From positions 1-45,166 of the IMG/VR virus record IMGVR_UViG_3300020426_000007: DNA of 45,166 nucleotides, one strand, 5' to 3'. Below, in pieces: positions 45,165 through 45,166 of this stretch. The stretch is from a virus (Duplodnaviria > Caudoviricetes). How positions within the stretch are numbered: the stretch's first letter is position 1; every line of letters begins with the position of its first letter. A model generated the notes under the pieces. That model ran no database searches. It was not told where the DNA came from and saw nothing but the letters and a program-made list of their open reading frames with translations. Made by a program: the position numbers and the translations under genes.

Positions 45165-45166
45165 GT

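Overview
The window is most of the genome of a dsDNA tailed bacteriophage with a podovirus-type virion. It is probably marine and probably infects an alphaproteobacterium (inferred from GTA-type holin and DUF6127-like genes). The right end cuts through the large terminase. About 116-9738 holds small regulators, HNH and resolvase-like nucleases, a primase-polymerase/helicase, a Cro-like repressor and a Sak4/SSB/Cas4-like recombination module. No DNA polymerase, RNA polymerase, sigma factor, integrase or tRNA is visible. From 45166 down to 9731 the minus strand carries terminase, portal, a fibre cluster, scaffold, major capsid, tail proteins, a GNAT, three ejection-like proteins, a 3228-aa polyvalent protein and lysis genes. 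The most striking unannotated signal is regulatory. Seven copies of GGACGA(C/A)-N17/18-(T/C)ANNNT lie just upstream of minus-strand genes, and several overlap terminators or RBS-blocking hairpins. A covarying UACG hairpin is shared by the scaffold and capsid leaders, and a ~210-nt highly structured non-coding element lies beside the primase gene. All family assignments come from motif recognition by eye; no database searches were run.
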